Positions 23,357 through 36,388 of a DNA stretch of 64,000 nucleotides are shown in pieces. The notes under the pieces are model-generated. The model had not been told where the DNA came from, ran no database searches, and saw nothing but the letters and a program-made list of their open reading frames with translations. Origin of the DNA: Phoronis australis. Its lineage: Eukaryota > Animalia > Phoronida. Position numbers and translations under genes: made by a program. Location of the stretch: assembly GCA_002633005.1 (NCBI GenBank), contig NMRA01000205.1, positions 171,645 through 235,644 on the forward strand. Direction: 5' to 3'. Numbering within the stretch: the stretch's first letter is position 1; each line of letters begins with the position of its first letter.

Positions 23357-24434
23357 GACTTGAACATTATCAACTATGTCCCCATATATTGCAGTAGCCA
23401 TTTCAGACTTGAACATTATCAACTTTGTCCCCATATATTGCAGTAGCCATTTCAGACTTGAACATTATCAACTTTGTCCCCATATATTGCAGTAGCCATT
23501 TCAGACTTGAACATTATCAACTTTGTCCCCATATATTGCAGTAGCCATTTCAGACTTGAACATTATCAACTTTGTCCCCATATATTGCAGTAGCCATTTC
23601 AGACTTGAACATTATCAACTTTGTCCCCATATATTGCAGTAGCCATTTCAGACTTGAACATTATCAACTTTGTCCCCATATATTGCAGTAGCCATTTCAG
23701 ACTTGAACATTATCAACTTTGTCCCCATATATTGCAGTAGCCATTTCAGACTTGAACATTATCAACTTTGTCCCCATATATTGCAGTAGCCATTTCAGAC
23801 TTGAACATTATCAACTTTGTCCCCATATATTGCAGTAGCCATTTCAGACTTGAACATTATCAACTTTGTCCCCATATATTGCAGTAGCCATTTCAGACTT
23901 GAACATTATCAACTTTGTCCCCATATATTGCAGTAGCCATTTCAGACTTGAACATTATCAACTTTGTCCCCATATATTGCAGTAGCCATTTCAGACTTGA
24001 ACATTATCAACTTTGTCCCCATATATTGCAGTAGCCATTTCAGACTTGAACATTATCAACTTTGTCCCCATATATTGCAGTAGCCATTTCAGACTTGAAC
24101 ATTATCAACTTTGTCCCCATATATTGCAGTAGCCATTTCAGACTTGAACATTATCAACTTTGTCCCCATATATTGCAGTAGCCATTTCAGACTTGAACAT
24201 TATCAACTTTGTCCCCATATATTGCAGTAGCCATTTCAGACTTGAACATTATCAACTTTGTCCCCATATATTGCAGTAGCCATTTCAGACTTGAACATTA
24301 TCAACTTTGTCCCCATATATTGCAGTAGCCATTTCAGACTTGAACATTATCAACTTTGTCCCCATATATTGCAGTAGCCATTTCAGACTTGAACATTATC
24401 AACTTTGTCCCCATATATTGCAGTTGCCATTTCA
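23357..24434. repeat. 49-bp tandem array, 22 near-identical copies
   Basis: GACTTGAACATTATCAACTTTGTCCCCATATATTGCAGTAGCCATTTCA; 1078 bp = 22 x 49; only the terminal copies vary. Confidence 0.97.
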
Positions 24435-25158
24435 TACTGTGACACCTCCTCCACATCCAGCTCTCCTCATTCAAGTTGGTCAAAGTCCAACCCAAAGTCA
24501 AAAGTAGGTTCCATTTTGGCCACAATAAGATTAAAAACCTGACGCTCGCCGCACAAATAAAAAAGTTCATGTTCAATTCAACGTTTCGTCTTTTCATTAG
24601 ACATTATCAGAATCATATTTATAACAGTTTAGGACAACAAGTGCCAACATACATTTTCGTCGAGTGCCAGGTGAGCAGACGATAATTGATATTGTATTCT
24701 TAACACATGTTTCCGTGGTTTGGTGTATTTTATGAATTTTTATTTATTGTCACGAATTCTGAGTTTAACCTCGTTTCACCCAGTAGCGATTGCCACTCGT
24801 GATATCGCAATGGCAAATTTGACCTACTTTGATGCATTATTGGTTTCGACTTCGGTCCCGGATTGGAGGCAGACAAATCTTGCTGATTTATCGATTATGA
24901 GTCATATAGATAAAAATTGATTAAGTTTAATTGGACATTACTACTGTTATTCTTGCACTACAAAATAATGAAAACATAACGGTACTGTAATTACCACTGT
25001 GGAATTTACAATGATCAGTTTCGCCGGCTGTTCATAAGCTGTCGTGATTGGGCGGGTTTGAGGAAGGGGTGACAACGAAGAAGAAATGCTCTTTTATTGT
25101 GAGGAGAATTTGCGATTTTAACTAGGCTACCAAATGTTCTCCAGCGCATTGCGTTTGT

Positions 25159-26278
25159 CACAGGCGCTTGGGTTTATCGCAAATGACGTCACTCAATAAT
25201 ATATATAAGAAAACATAAAGGTTGGACACTCAAAATCTGTTTGCTCAGAATTTTCTACTCAAATGTGCATGGAACTCCACGAAACTAACATCGGACAACT
25301 CTTAGAATAGCTTCTTTCATTTGATCTCTTCAAATTGCCTTCGAGTGGTGATTTGGCGACAAAAATGCCAAAAGAATGCCAAAATCAGAAATTCAAGGAC
25401 CGGATTCCGTGATGTCATGGCAGACGGTCTTCGCACATCCGGGTTTTGACCGACGCTCCCGAGCTAAATCCGAAAGTCTAATTTCGCGCGGCTTTCGCCG
25501 TCAATCCATCGACTACTTGATCATGAGAAGCAGAGAGCACTTTATTGCCAAATAAATGTAATTACTCACATATTTGTGTCAAATATAAATTATCCTGATA
25601 CTGTATTGATATGCGAAGTTTTTTGTGTACTGTGATTTCTTATGAAGGTTTTATTTTTGGCCAAAACCATTGAGTTAACTCGTCGGCCACGCGCATTGTA
25701 ATACGTGCACGGGCTGCGTTTCCTGGCCGAGTGTGTGTTTTTGCTTCAATCAAAAAAGTGCGTGATGTCAAGATGAGAAACAAGATACGCCAGTTTATGT
25801 AATAAAGTTCTAAGTTAAGGGCTAAAATGAGCCGTCAGTTGAATTAAGTTATAAATAAGCATTAAAATACTAACTTTAACGTTCTCAATTAGTTGAGTTT
25901 TGGATTAGAATTATTGAATTTGAAATATAGGTTGCTTGCTCAAACTCGAAGTTTCACCTACGACAGGCGTACAAGTTGAAGCACAACTGAAATCCGCCAT
26001 GTTTACTATTTCAGGTCCTTGAATTCAGAGTTTTGAGATTGTTTTGGAAATTCCATCGCCAATTCACCACTCACGAAGACAGTTGATGGTATCTAGGAAA
26101 GATAAGGCTTCGAAGGTTTATGCAACACCGGACTGAGGGAGGTGCACGCAGATTTTATTTGGATTTTGGACGGTTGAAGTTGGGAGCCTCTGCTTGGCAA
26201 AGTTTAAGTGTCCAACCTTTATGTTTTCTTATATATATTATTGAGTGACGTCATTTGCAATAAACCCAAGCGCCTGTG
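25159..26278. mobile_element. Non-autonomous TIR element (P- or hAT-type), 8-bp TSD GCGTTTGT
   Basis: ~72-bp TIR CACAGGCGCTTGGGTTTAT...GGTTGGACACT with one mismatch; GCGTTTGT at 25151-25158 and 26279-26286. Confidence 0.88.
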
Positions 26279-26465
26279 GCGTTTGTTTAGTTTTTATATA
26301 GGTAAACAAAACAACAATAATGGATCAACTGAAATTTTAGGATATAATAACATCCTTTGTCAACAGAAATGGAATAAAGTAAAATCAAACACGACATGAC
26401 AAATGACATCTGATATTTGGCGTAATGTACATGATATATTGTTGCGGAAAAAAGTAAAAGATATG

Positions 26466-26713
26466 GGGCCCGTTCCAACAAAACTGACTTAGCTAAGACA
26501 ATTCCTAAATTTTACTAACTTTTAAAATAAAAGTTCAATTTGTCTCAAAATCATTTCAAGAAAGAGATGTTAAGCTTGATTTAAGTGTTTGACGTACGTT
26601 TTGGTTTAATTTTGATGAATTTACCAGATATGGAAGTTTCAAAGTTTGGAAGTTAAGACAAATCTTAGACTTAAGTCAATAATGAACTTAAGTCAGTTTC
26701 TTGGAACGGGACC
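26466..26713. mobile_element. PIF/Harbinger-type MITE, copy 1
   Basis: GGGCCCGTTCCAACAAAACTGACTTA...TAAGTCAGTTTCTTGGAACGGGACC; ATG on both flanks. Confidence 0.8.
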
Positions 26714-26716
26714 ATG

Positions 26717-26992
26717 GAGCCTGTTCCAAGAAACTGACTTAAGTTCATTTTTACTTAAGTTTAAGATTTGTCTTAACTTTCAAACTTTGACACTTCCACA
26801 TTCGGTAAGTCGAAATTAGGACAAAACTTATGTCAAACACTTAAGTTAAACTTTTAAGTTTAACTTAAGTGTTTGACATAAGTTTTGAGATGTCTTTCTT
26901 GAATTGGTTTTGAGGCAAATTTAACTTTTGTTTTAAAATTTACAAGAATTTAAGGTTTGTCTTTTCTAAGTCAGTTTTGTTGGAACGGGCCC
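26717..26992. mobile_element. PIF/Harbinger-type MITE, copy 2 (inverted relative to copy 1)
   Basis: GAGCCTGTTCCAAGAAACTGACTTAAG...TAAGTCAGTTTTGTTGGAACGGGCCC; ATG at 26714-26716 and 26993-26995. Confidence 0.8.
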
Positions 26993-29633
26993 ATGATATA
27001 AGAAGTCTTTATGTTTAATCCATTGGGTTCAAGAGTGTTAAGTTTATCTATCCAAAATTGTTCTCGTTTGAGTCTGTGAGAGGTACTGGGGTATTGGAGT
27101 TTCTCTATTGCTTGTACAGTAAGATCTTGTAGATTATGGTTTTTGGAATTGAAATAATTACCTTTAGTATCAGAAATGTTTTTATGTATTATGTTAAATC
27201 TACGATTGCTAAACCGAGTTAGTAGATTATGCTAAGTTTGTCCTACATACTGAATGGAACATTTTCTACATGTTATTAGGTAAATGATGTTGTTGGTGAT
27301 GCAGTCAGAATAATGTTTTATTGCGAAGTTTTTTTGGTTTGAAAAATTATAGTAAATGTGTTTAACGTAAATTCATGTAACTTATTCTGGTTAACCTGTG
27401 GTTGATCTGTTCGAAACTTTGGAATTCCAGCAAGGGGTGTCATACAGGAGTGTTCACTTGTGTATTAGCTGTTATCGCTACTACTAGCGCCGCCAGGTAA
27501 CGAATAAGCAATGGTCAAGTACAAAGCGAGAACAATGACGAAGGGCGCCTTGTGCACTGCAATAAATTGCACAAATTCATCCACCAAAACATCAGAACTG
27601 TCATGTTTACGTTTGTTGATAAGTATTCCTTGTTTTTCAATAATATGAGACACTGTCTTTCATTTCGTGTGCTCTGTTCACGGTTGGAAGATAAGTCGAT
27701 CGCAGTCCCGGTGCCACTGTCGTCTGCAGTGCAAGCTACTGCACAACCGGGCTGCCGGCGGAAGGACTATGATTAAGTAACCATGTACTCGTCAGATTTT
27801 TGGATATTTGCATTCCATGTATTCCAAATCAAAATGTCACCCGAACGATCGCACGGACAATTTTTAGAAAAACAACCATGACCATTGGTCAATATGACCG
27901 GTGACACGGCCATTGTCGCAGCCACAGGGCCTCAAATCTATCTACATTTACCCTCCATGAGTCAAGTTAAAGAATCTGCAGGCCTTGATGAAAAAATCGA
28001 CACAATTTTAATGTGCCAGTTGCCCCAAGTTAAGCAAAACCAGTGCGCCAATGAAAACTTAATTCGATGCGCTTATGATTCGGGGCACGGACCTAAAAAT
28101 ATCCCTGGATCGACATTTGAGTCCAAACTTTTTAATTGACACCAAGAAGGTTTTGTCTCTATCACAGGCACAGTAAGGCAGGATTACTGTAGTGTAGTGT
28201 AGTGTAGGCTACCAGTCTTTTATGAGCCTGGTGAGTATGAAGTTTGTTCCAGAGCCTCTCATTGGTTTCTGTTTGAGGTGCAAGCGCTGGGATTCGACCT
28301 TATGAATAGTGATGCCGCCTACTTGTCCAAGAACTGCAAGTTATGCTCTCGTCTTTTCAAGGAGTCCATGTTCATGGAATGCAGTGCCAACAATGTTTGA
28401 TGTCCCCGAATCCATTAAAAATGAAGATGTCACAAAGTTCTCCGGAAATTATGTATATTACGGCTCTGGAATAGACTTTGCATGTCTGACTATCGTCTCA
28501 CAAAGCAAGTATTTTGCTGGGATATCACGTGTAGAAAGGACAATTGGTCAAAACCAGTTTTCAAATTTTTACTACGGTTGGTCAAATTGAAGCAATTTAT
28601 GAAAGGTTAGCCTGTGATTTGGAGAGAACCAAAGTGAAACTGTTGTTTTTCCAATCTATCAGAATCAATTTGCTTCTTGATGGCAAACACCTCTGTGAGT
28701 AAATTAGTTTTCAGCTTTATTTATAACACATTTCTTTGGCAAAAAGAGCTAATGAATTAATAGTGAGAAGGTTGGTCAGATTTTCTTGTTGTCTTGGTGT
28801 TTGTGTTGTTTTGGTGTATGTGTTGTATTGGTGTATGTGTTGCCTATTTTATGCGTTTTTGGCGATTGTGATTAATTTAAAAAGCTCCAGTTGTAGCTGG
28901 GTAACGGATATGATCTCGTGGACAGGCTGTAACTTACCACTTACCTGAAATATTTAATGTTATTGATAAGAGGAACAATGTGTATATGAAATTAAATTTT
29001 TGTCTTGACATCCAAGTCTTTTTAGTTCCGTTTTGTATGAAGTTGTGTGGGTAATGAATATTTTGATTGCTGTTTAGTACCCCTTAAAATATTTTCTCAT
29101 GTCCTTTTGAACTTTGACTAGTGATGAGTGATGACATTCTCAATGTTAATACGTTTTGTAAGCTGTGAGCTAAGACTACAGATTAGCAACTGACTTCTAA
29201 CCATTGGTGATTATAGTGGAAGAGTGGAGAGTTTACCCTGCACTTGCATGTCACTAAGAAATAATGGAATGTTCTAAATTATAGTGCACCAGAATGGATT
29301 ACAATGTGTTGTGGTAGTGATGAATTGCCTTGATTTCTTCTTCTTACTGCACAAAACAATTGTCTCATTGCTAGTACTAGCCTGGCGCATTGAATAGGGA
29401 ACACGTGCGAAATTGTTGGGTGCGGATGAAACCAGCAGTGAGCTGGGAGCACCATGTAATGAAAATTTGGAAAATAACCAGGATGGTACTGATATAAACA
29501 CAGGGGTCTGGCCACTGATCATTACAAAATGTCATTGGGGGGTTGGAGTCATGCACAAAACGTGGGCCAAATCTTATCACCACCTCAGCACATGTTGTCA
29601 ATGGTAAGGGGAACAACCACAATTCATGACGAT

Positions 29634-29778
29634 GGGAGGCGCTCAACACTCATTTGGCACATCCCATTGGTTTTTACTTGTTTGGTACTCCTCCCATGTA
29701 CACTTCTGGGAGGAGGTCAACACCCATTTGGCACCCACTTGTTTTTTACCTGCTTTGCACTCTTCCCTTGTACCCCTT
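29634..29778. repeat. ~74-bp imperfect direct duplication
   Basis: GGGAGG..TCAACAC.CATTTGGCAC at 29634 and 29708. Confidence 0.65.
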
Positions 29779-31621
29779 TGCTGGCACTTGGGGGCAACTC
29801 CCCTCTGAACCTCCAAGAGCAATCATTAAAAGTTTGTAGTCCACGGAGTTCTAAGAAACGATAATTTGCCTTAACTCAAACATGAAAGAAAACAGTGATG
29901 GCTTTTGAAAGGAGTTTAAAGAGAATGAAAGCAAATACAGTTTAATATTGATTAAAACACACATTTTCATTCTCATTCGATTATAAGTGGATTACGTATT
30001 TTACCCATTTTCAATCACGTAGTAATTGAATTGCACGTCGAACACCATTAAAGTATGAATTTATCAGTGTTTACATGGTTTGGACTCCGCCACTAAATTA
30101 GTGTTGCTTATTCGCTTCTTGGGGCGCTAGTTTTTCGACCGATAACCATTGCGGCGAATGACAAGATGGCGGCGTGAACACTCCTATTGCACTTAACTCG
30201 TTGATCCTAGCCATAGAAAGTAGTTCTATTTTGGTCATGTGACAATGGTTTTTTACGGTCACGTGACGCAGTTATTGCACAGCGGTATCAAAACGTTATG
30301 TGGTATAATTTTTTCATTGACGCGTGGTTTTGGAAATACGTGCATTCCAATGTCCAGTGCGTGCATCCTCTCGCTTAGGCGACGGGGGTGCTGTAGCTGT
30401 GACATCATAACGTACTGGCTCAACATGTTTAATCGACAATCTGGTATTCAAATAAAGAAAGATATGATTGATTAAAAAATTTCTTTCCTACAAACGACTA
30501 ATGCTTCAAGTACCATGCAATCAAAACAGGTCATAACATTTAATGTTCGTAAAAATTAGGGAAGATCCCTCTTTGTGATAATTTTCTTCAAATATACGAC
30601 AGGAGTTCGTTTTTTTACTTTCACAGCTACCATTTCATAAGTTCTGACCTGTGTTCTGTCAAAAAGACGGCAGTGTATGCAAGTATATTCACGAGAACTT
30701 GATGAACATTCCGAAATATCCCATGTCATTACAAGATCAAAGCTTGGTACAATGTACCTCGGTCAGCTTTAGGTCATTACCTACATAAGGAAACTGACGA
30801 ACAAGTATCGAAGAATCGTGTTATTAGTAGTCGCTGAAGGTTCCCCATGGTGTTTTGAAAAGCCTTCTTGTTTTTACTTGGATTTTTCAGCAATATACGG
30901 TCCCGCTAGTAACGTGTGGGAGACAAAGATGGAGTGCTTCCCATCTCAAAAGAACCATTCACCCAAAATGTGAATCGTTGTATACTTCGAGGAAAGTGAC
31001 AAGATGAATCTTTGGCGCTCGGAGCCTGATAAAGTCAATTAGCGCGAACAGGTAAGTTTAGAATTGTCGCTCATATCTCTGGGAAAAGAAAGTTCTGTGG
31101 CGGGTGAATCGAGAAATGGTCTAATACTAAGCTCTTAAACTGTTTATAGGTTGGTTTACTGACTAGTTATGTAGTTGCGGGTATCCATGTGTTTATGAAG
31201 AACAAGTACGACACCTTACGGATGAACGCTAAAAGGCATTAAAGCACACGCATTTCTATAGCAGTGGAAATATTGGCATTCCTGACATTACCCACGAGAT
31301 AGTAAAAATGTGCACGACTACTCCTTTCTCATTCCACTGGAGATTTATTTCTCAGAAAATAATCTAAACATAAGCAGTGACGCCATTAATGTTATCCTGA
31401 AACAAAGTGTTGTGTTACTAGTGTTACAGAATTGCAAATAAGCGAAGGACGCAGTTGTGACGTCATGTATTTTGGAATTCATTTCTTACATCATCAAAAT
31501 GGTCCTCGCGTGCAGGAGAAAAATATTCAAATACTTTTGCAGAGAAAGCTTGAGTTCAAGTGAACAGTAGTTATTTGCTTACCATATAAATAATATTGTG
31601 TTTCTGTCGGCGCTTAGATAA

Positions 31622-32965
31622 ATGAAGATTGAGTACGTTGTGTCAGCACTAGCATTTCTTTATGGACAAGTGCAGTCGAAAGTGCCTGCCGATCGCTGTT
31701 TCCTCCTCGCTATCTTCGGTAGCTCAACCACCGACGAGGGTGAGAGTCGTTTTCCGGTTTACATGCTTGGATTTAGCTTGATTAGGGGTTTCATGAAAAT
31801 CGGTGAAATTCGTACCCCTGGACATGGTATCCATTCGTACTGTATGTTTGATTCTTCCACCATATATTACACTGCTGATCCACCTGATTTTTCTTACTAC
31901 AAAGTGGATTTAAAGTCGGGCGATCTGTCAGTCATGGTGGGTACCGCCTCGCAAGAGCAAGGCAAGATTCGTCATGTTATTTGCAAGCGAGGCTTTACCG
32001 ACATAGTCCTGGTCACCGAGAATTATATTCTGGTAGCAGACGATTCACAGGGAGACGTGCTTGAACCGTTATCAGACGAGGATAAGGGCCGTTTTAGCGA
32101 TAGTATTCGTGTCGCAGATATTGGTAAATTCGACAAAATTTTCATTGCTAAAAAACACGATCTCGATGAAGTTCGTCTTGATGGTGAGGAGGTGGAAATG
32201 AATTCAAGAGATTATGGAGGTTTGGAAGGACCACTCATAGCAAATGAAATAAAAGGCTTTTTTATCAATTACTTGCCGACACCAACGCCTGCAGTTTGCA
32301 CCATCTATAATAATAGTAGGCTTCAGTGCTTTCTTGACGCAATTAACGATGATGAATTTGTCGTCGATGAGGCAAAAGACGATGAAGTGATTAGTATGTA
32401 TGGAATTGCTGGTTACGTATTCATTTTCAGATTTAGTGATCATTCAGTTAGCGTTGTCAGACGTAGCATTGAAAATGAAAACGACACCATCACTATGCCC
32501 AACAAGTTACCTGTCAACAATAAAATGACACCAGTCTTTGGTTCTTTGATTACACTGGTGAGCCCAGCCATTGAGCTCGATGAGTCAATGCTTCAATGCA
32601 CCGACTGGAAAAGATGCTCCGCGAACATTCCGTTTGGATACGTCGAACTAGGGCAATGTAATGGCGGAGACGGAGAAACGTGCAAATTCAAGTGTTTTGA
32701 AGGTAGACGAGAAGCGTCAATGAACGCTACGTTGAGATGTCAGGAAGGCGAGTGGAGCTTAAACATAAATACTCTATGCAAAGAACAGGATGTAGTGAAC
32801 AAAGACGACGGTGGCTTGACACCCGTGACAATGGTCGTCGTCGGCTGTCTGGGTCTGTATGCCGTTTTTCATTTCGGCGCTAAAACACCGCTAAGCAAAG
32901 AAACTCGAGGGAGTGTAAGGTCACTAAAACCTCCAAGAGCGAAAGAAAAGGGAAACATGCTTTGA
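31622..32965 (+). CDS. Single-exon type I membrane protein: signal peptide, beta-rich (propeller-like) ectodomain, Sushi/CCP-like module, TM, short basic tail (447 aa)
   Basis: Long clean ORF; MKIEYVVSALAFLYGQVQS signal; CSANIPFG...C...ETCKFKCFEG...LRCQEGEW Sushi pattern; hydrophobic LTPVTMVVVGCLGLYAVF. An acceptor-like cttag lies just before the ATG, with a possible UTR donor at 31052. Confidence 0.75.
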   Translation: MKIEYVVSALAFLYGQVQSKVPADRCFLLAIFGSSTTDEGESRFPVYMLGFSLIRGFMKIGEIRTPGHGIHSYCMFDSSTIYYTADPPDFSYYKVDLKSGDLSVMVGTASQEQGKIRHVICKRGFTDIVLVTENYILVADDSQGDVLEPLSDEDKGRFSDSIRVADIGKFDKIFIAKKHDLDEVRLDGEEVEMNSRDYGGLEGPLIANEIKGFFINYLPTPTPAVCTIYNNSRLQCFLDAINDDEFVVDEAKDDEVISMYGIAGYVFIFRFSDHSVSVVRRSIENENDTITMPNKLPVNNKMTPVFGSLITLVSPAIELDESMLQCTDWKRCSANIPFGYVELGQCNGGDGETCKFKCFEGRREASMNATLRCQEGEWSLNINTLCKEQDVVNKDDGGLTPVTMVVVGCLGLYAVFHFGAKTPLSKETRGSVRSLKPPRAKEKGNML

Positions 32966-35900
32966 CAGAAGTTGACGGGGAGAATAATGCCATTGCAAAA
33001 AAGGAAGTTGTCACCGCAAAGTCTCTTTCAAAGAGAGTATAGTGTTGACGACGTTCTTGTTTGCTCGTGTTATTGCTGAAGTTATCTACACATGTACGGT
33101 GTTGTTGGCCGAGGTGAAATTCATTCCTTCAATGTATTTCTCAGAGAAAGCAATGTCTTCCCCGCCAACCGCCGAGTCTATGTTCGCATTGAGTAAACAA
33201 TTTATTAATGGTGACGATGAACGTTAACGCCTTCACTGTGTCAACCATTCATCCAATAGTCTCACACTGAAACTAGTTGATTTTACGAATGCAATAAAAT
33301 AGGTTTTGCAGCTTTAGCATTTGATACAAGTTGCTATGTGCCATTGTTGTTATCATGTGTGTACCATTTTTAAGTTAAATTTTCATGTAGAACTAAGGAA
33401 TTCATGGTACAACAACCGCTTAGTTGATTTTGACGAGACCTTCTTCAAATGAAAACTTGCCTATATCTCTCATTTAGTTTGGTTTTAACGCCAAATTAAT
33501 CTGCAAAACGTAAGGCATTAAGTATCAGTCCACGGATCCATCGACCACAGTACAGCCAACAAGCGGCAAGGTGGGGGGTCAGCCATTCAGAACCATGTTC
33601 AGTCTAATAAATCACTTTAGGGATGAGAGAAATTGGGTGAAGTATGACACCACAGAGTTTGGTGGTTCAGGAGATACTAGGGAAGTCTTCTGGGGGGCAA
33701 AATGAAGCAATTTCTTGATGCGGAATGAGTCATTTTGACTACATTTTCTACTGCAGTTTCTGCTTCAAACAATCTTTTCTGAATAATTTGATATCACATA
33801 ATAGGTTCATGACCAATGTAAGTAAAAACGGCATCGACACTAAAATATCGGTTACCATGGTAACACTGGAACTGTTTCCGTGGAGGGTACTTTTCATGCT
33901 TTTTAAAAACCAGCAGCAAGTTATACCCTTATAGCGAAGCTGCCACCACGAGAAAACTGAAAAGACTGTAGAAGACTCCATGCTCTTGAAATTAATACAA
34001 AAAATCTTTGTCAGACCTTCAGGCAGGCTTGGTAATAGGTATTTGAATTTCACTATTTTCAGACCGCACATATATGTGCTTGTCATGTTGAACCAGTCAC
34101 TAGTTGTGCGCCGTTTCTACGAATTAAAATGTCGTGGTATAATACAACAATTAAAACAATTGGTTTGCTTAAATGTTTTTAATTAATTATAAGGATACAA
34201 ACAGTTTCTATTAAAATATGAAATTATACTAGATTTGTTCATCCAACTCATTAAATACCAAACTAAAGCATACAATATACGTTAGTTGAATGATGGCGGA
34301 TCTGAAGTGCAGGTTTGCTGCGAATTTATCTATTTATCTGGCACTGCCAGTCGTATCTAATGTGGTATTTTTACAAACTACCGAGAGAAACAACTTTGAA
34401 AACTCTTGGGAAATGCGCAAGGAACATAGCGAGACATTAGAGAACCTTAAAAGTGAGGGGATGTGAAGGAGGTGGAACGTTTCCTGAGAAGTATAGGCTG
34501 TCTGCCTCGGTGCATCAGGAGCTTGATTATCTACCCTAGTAGATTCTCTTGCCCGAATCATCGTTACAACCGTCGACATATGTTGGCGTCGCTGAAGAGT
34601 ACATCCACTGCACATAAGAGGGGAAATCCGACAGAGGTCCTGCTTCATGCGACCTCAGGTAAGAATCACCAAACTCCAGGGTCAGACCCTGAGCAATATT
34701 TTTAGGAGCACATCATTCATGCAAAAATACTTTTATTGACGCATTGTGATTGCTTTTAACTTGGACCTTATTGCTTAATCATATCTTATTTCAAATGGCT
34801 TGAAGTATATGCATTGTATGTTTACATAGAAAATAGGTAGTTATCATAACTTTTCAATTGATCTGTTAACCACTTAAAGGATTCTGGTGTTGTTTCATGC
34901 TTTCTGAATTTGCAGTAGAGTTCAAAGTTCCTGTTTACCTCATGTGATTGCCAAAAAGTGGTCTATTTCTGAATTTTAGGGTAAACTAACAAACATAATA
35001 AGTGACTGTTGTGAGGGTTCCACAATATTTATCGAGGATCTTGAACACATGGTTTCCATGCCATACTTGTGCCTGAAAGATAGTGTATGCTATGTATGTA
35101 ATAGATTACAAAAACACAATTACACATGTCAGTTGTTTATTTGGAAATTTGTTATGTTGAAATGGTTAACTTTTTGGGCTCATCGTGAAGGTGAGTTCAT
35201 GTGAAGTGCAGTATGGTATTGCTCAACTTTTGGGATCATATCAGCTGCCATCTACAGTTATGTGTTATAAATACACAAAACGTGCCAAGAGTGGCGTACA
35301 TGAAATAATATCCCACGAGACATTATTCCGCGTATCGACCGAGACCGCCCAATAATCGCATGTTCAACAGGGCATAGTGCCGACGCTATGAAAAAAGACG
35401 CATCGTTTCCATAAAAACCATATTTTAATTAAGTTAAATTTATCTCTCATTTTCTGTCACTTGTAAATCATCGAACCCCAATTTGAATCCAGGTATCGTG
35501 TCGGCGGGATCCTTTGACTTGGGCATTATACTCAGTAAGCAGTTGTAACCTATTTTAGAAGACCATATTTTCACGGTCGAATCTTAGCGTTATAAAATGT
35601 GTAGTAAACTAAACTAATTGCTAAAACTTAATTTCTAGAATCACTTTATTTCTATTTTGTTTAAATATTCAATTGGTTTTGAGGAAAAACATTATTTTGA
35701 TAAAAGTAACTCGGCTTTTCTTAAAAGGTCACGACCTCTGACCCCGGACCTCTGACATAGAAAGTAATAACAAAGCCGAGGCGAATTCGAGAACGGTAGA
35801 TCGATTCTTTGCAATGTTTCTCGTACCGCCCCTCGGGCAATAATTCTCCAAAATCCACCCGGGCTCTAGATTACGTGGGATAACGACTTCGCCATGTAAT

Positions 35901-36388
35901 AATCTATATTTATTCACTTTTTTCCAAAATGATGTTTGAAATTGTTCCTAAAATGTTCAATTGTTGCATGAGAGACTATTAACAACATAATTTCGTGAGA
36001 AAAATCTTAAGTTGCATAAATCGAAAACGAAGCGGTGATATAGAAAACTGTAACAATGTTTTCGAGATATTCTCTTGAATGATTATATCGTATGAAATTT
36101 TGTCCTTTAATCGATCCTGTTGTTTTGCTGTGAATGTACATTTCTTTTTTTTTTCTAAATTTTATCAAAATGCATGGTCACGTGACCTTATTAAAGTCAT
36201 ATTGGTATAAAGTCATTAATTAAATTCTACGCAATTTCTGCTTTCAGAAAATATGCATTTTTGCTGAATTAAATTATAAAGTTTGGTAGAAATTTGGATG
36301 AATATACATGTAGTCATTTCAGTAACGTCCTACACAACCATAGCATGGTTAGCTTTTGTACTTTGTGATCACATGAGGAAAGATAAGG

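Larger units (their letters stand above)
22030..24520 (-). mobile_element. Degenerate CryptonA-like tyrosine-recombinase (DUF3504) element
   Basis: Across frameshifts: ENTKKNRDVRTFEA, AVLKAKRKDLKQ, GNKPHSCEPVTKEDEQVL*EKGILGTHTP, FKERDTKTRNG, AQPLGVYTLGNIMK, TNHSVR, GHKNI*SLNKY (catalytic H and Y). True element ends not defined. Confidence 0.85.

Noticed and set aside
23357-24434. 49-bp array (and the 37- and 28-bp arrays) as CRISPR
   Set aside because: Units are contiguous with no unique spacers, there are no cas genes, and the context is eukaryotic.
35900-36388. SECIS element making the LRR gene's TGA a selenocysteine
   Set aside because: No AUGA/AA/GA kink-turn stem found by eye in the 3' region, and the TGA is not at a conserved LRRCT cysteine position. 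SECISearch was not run.
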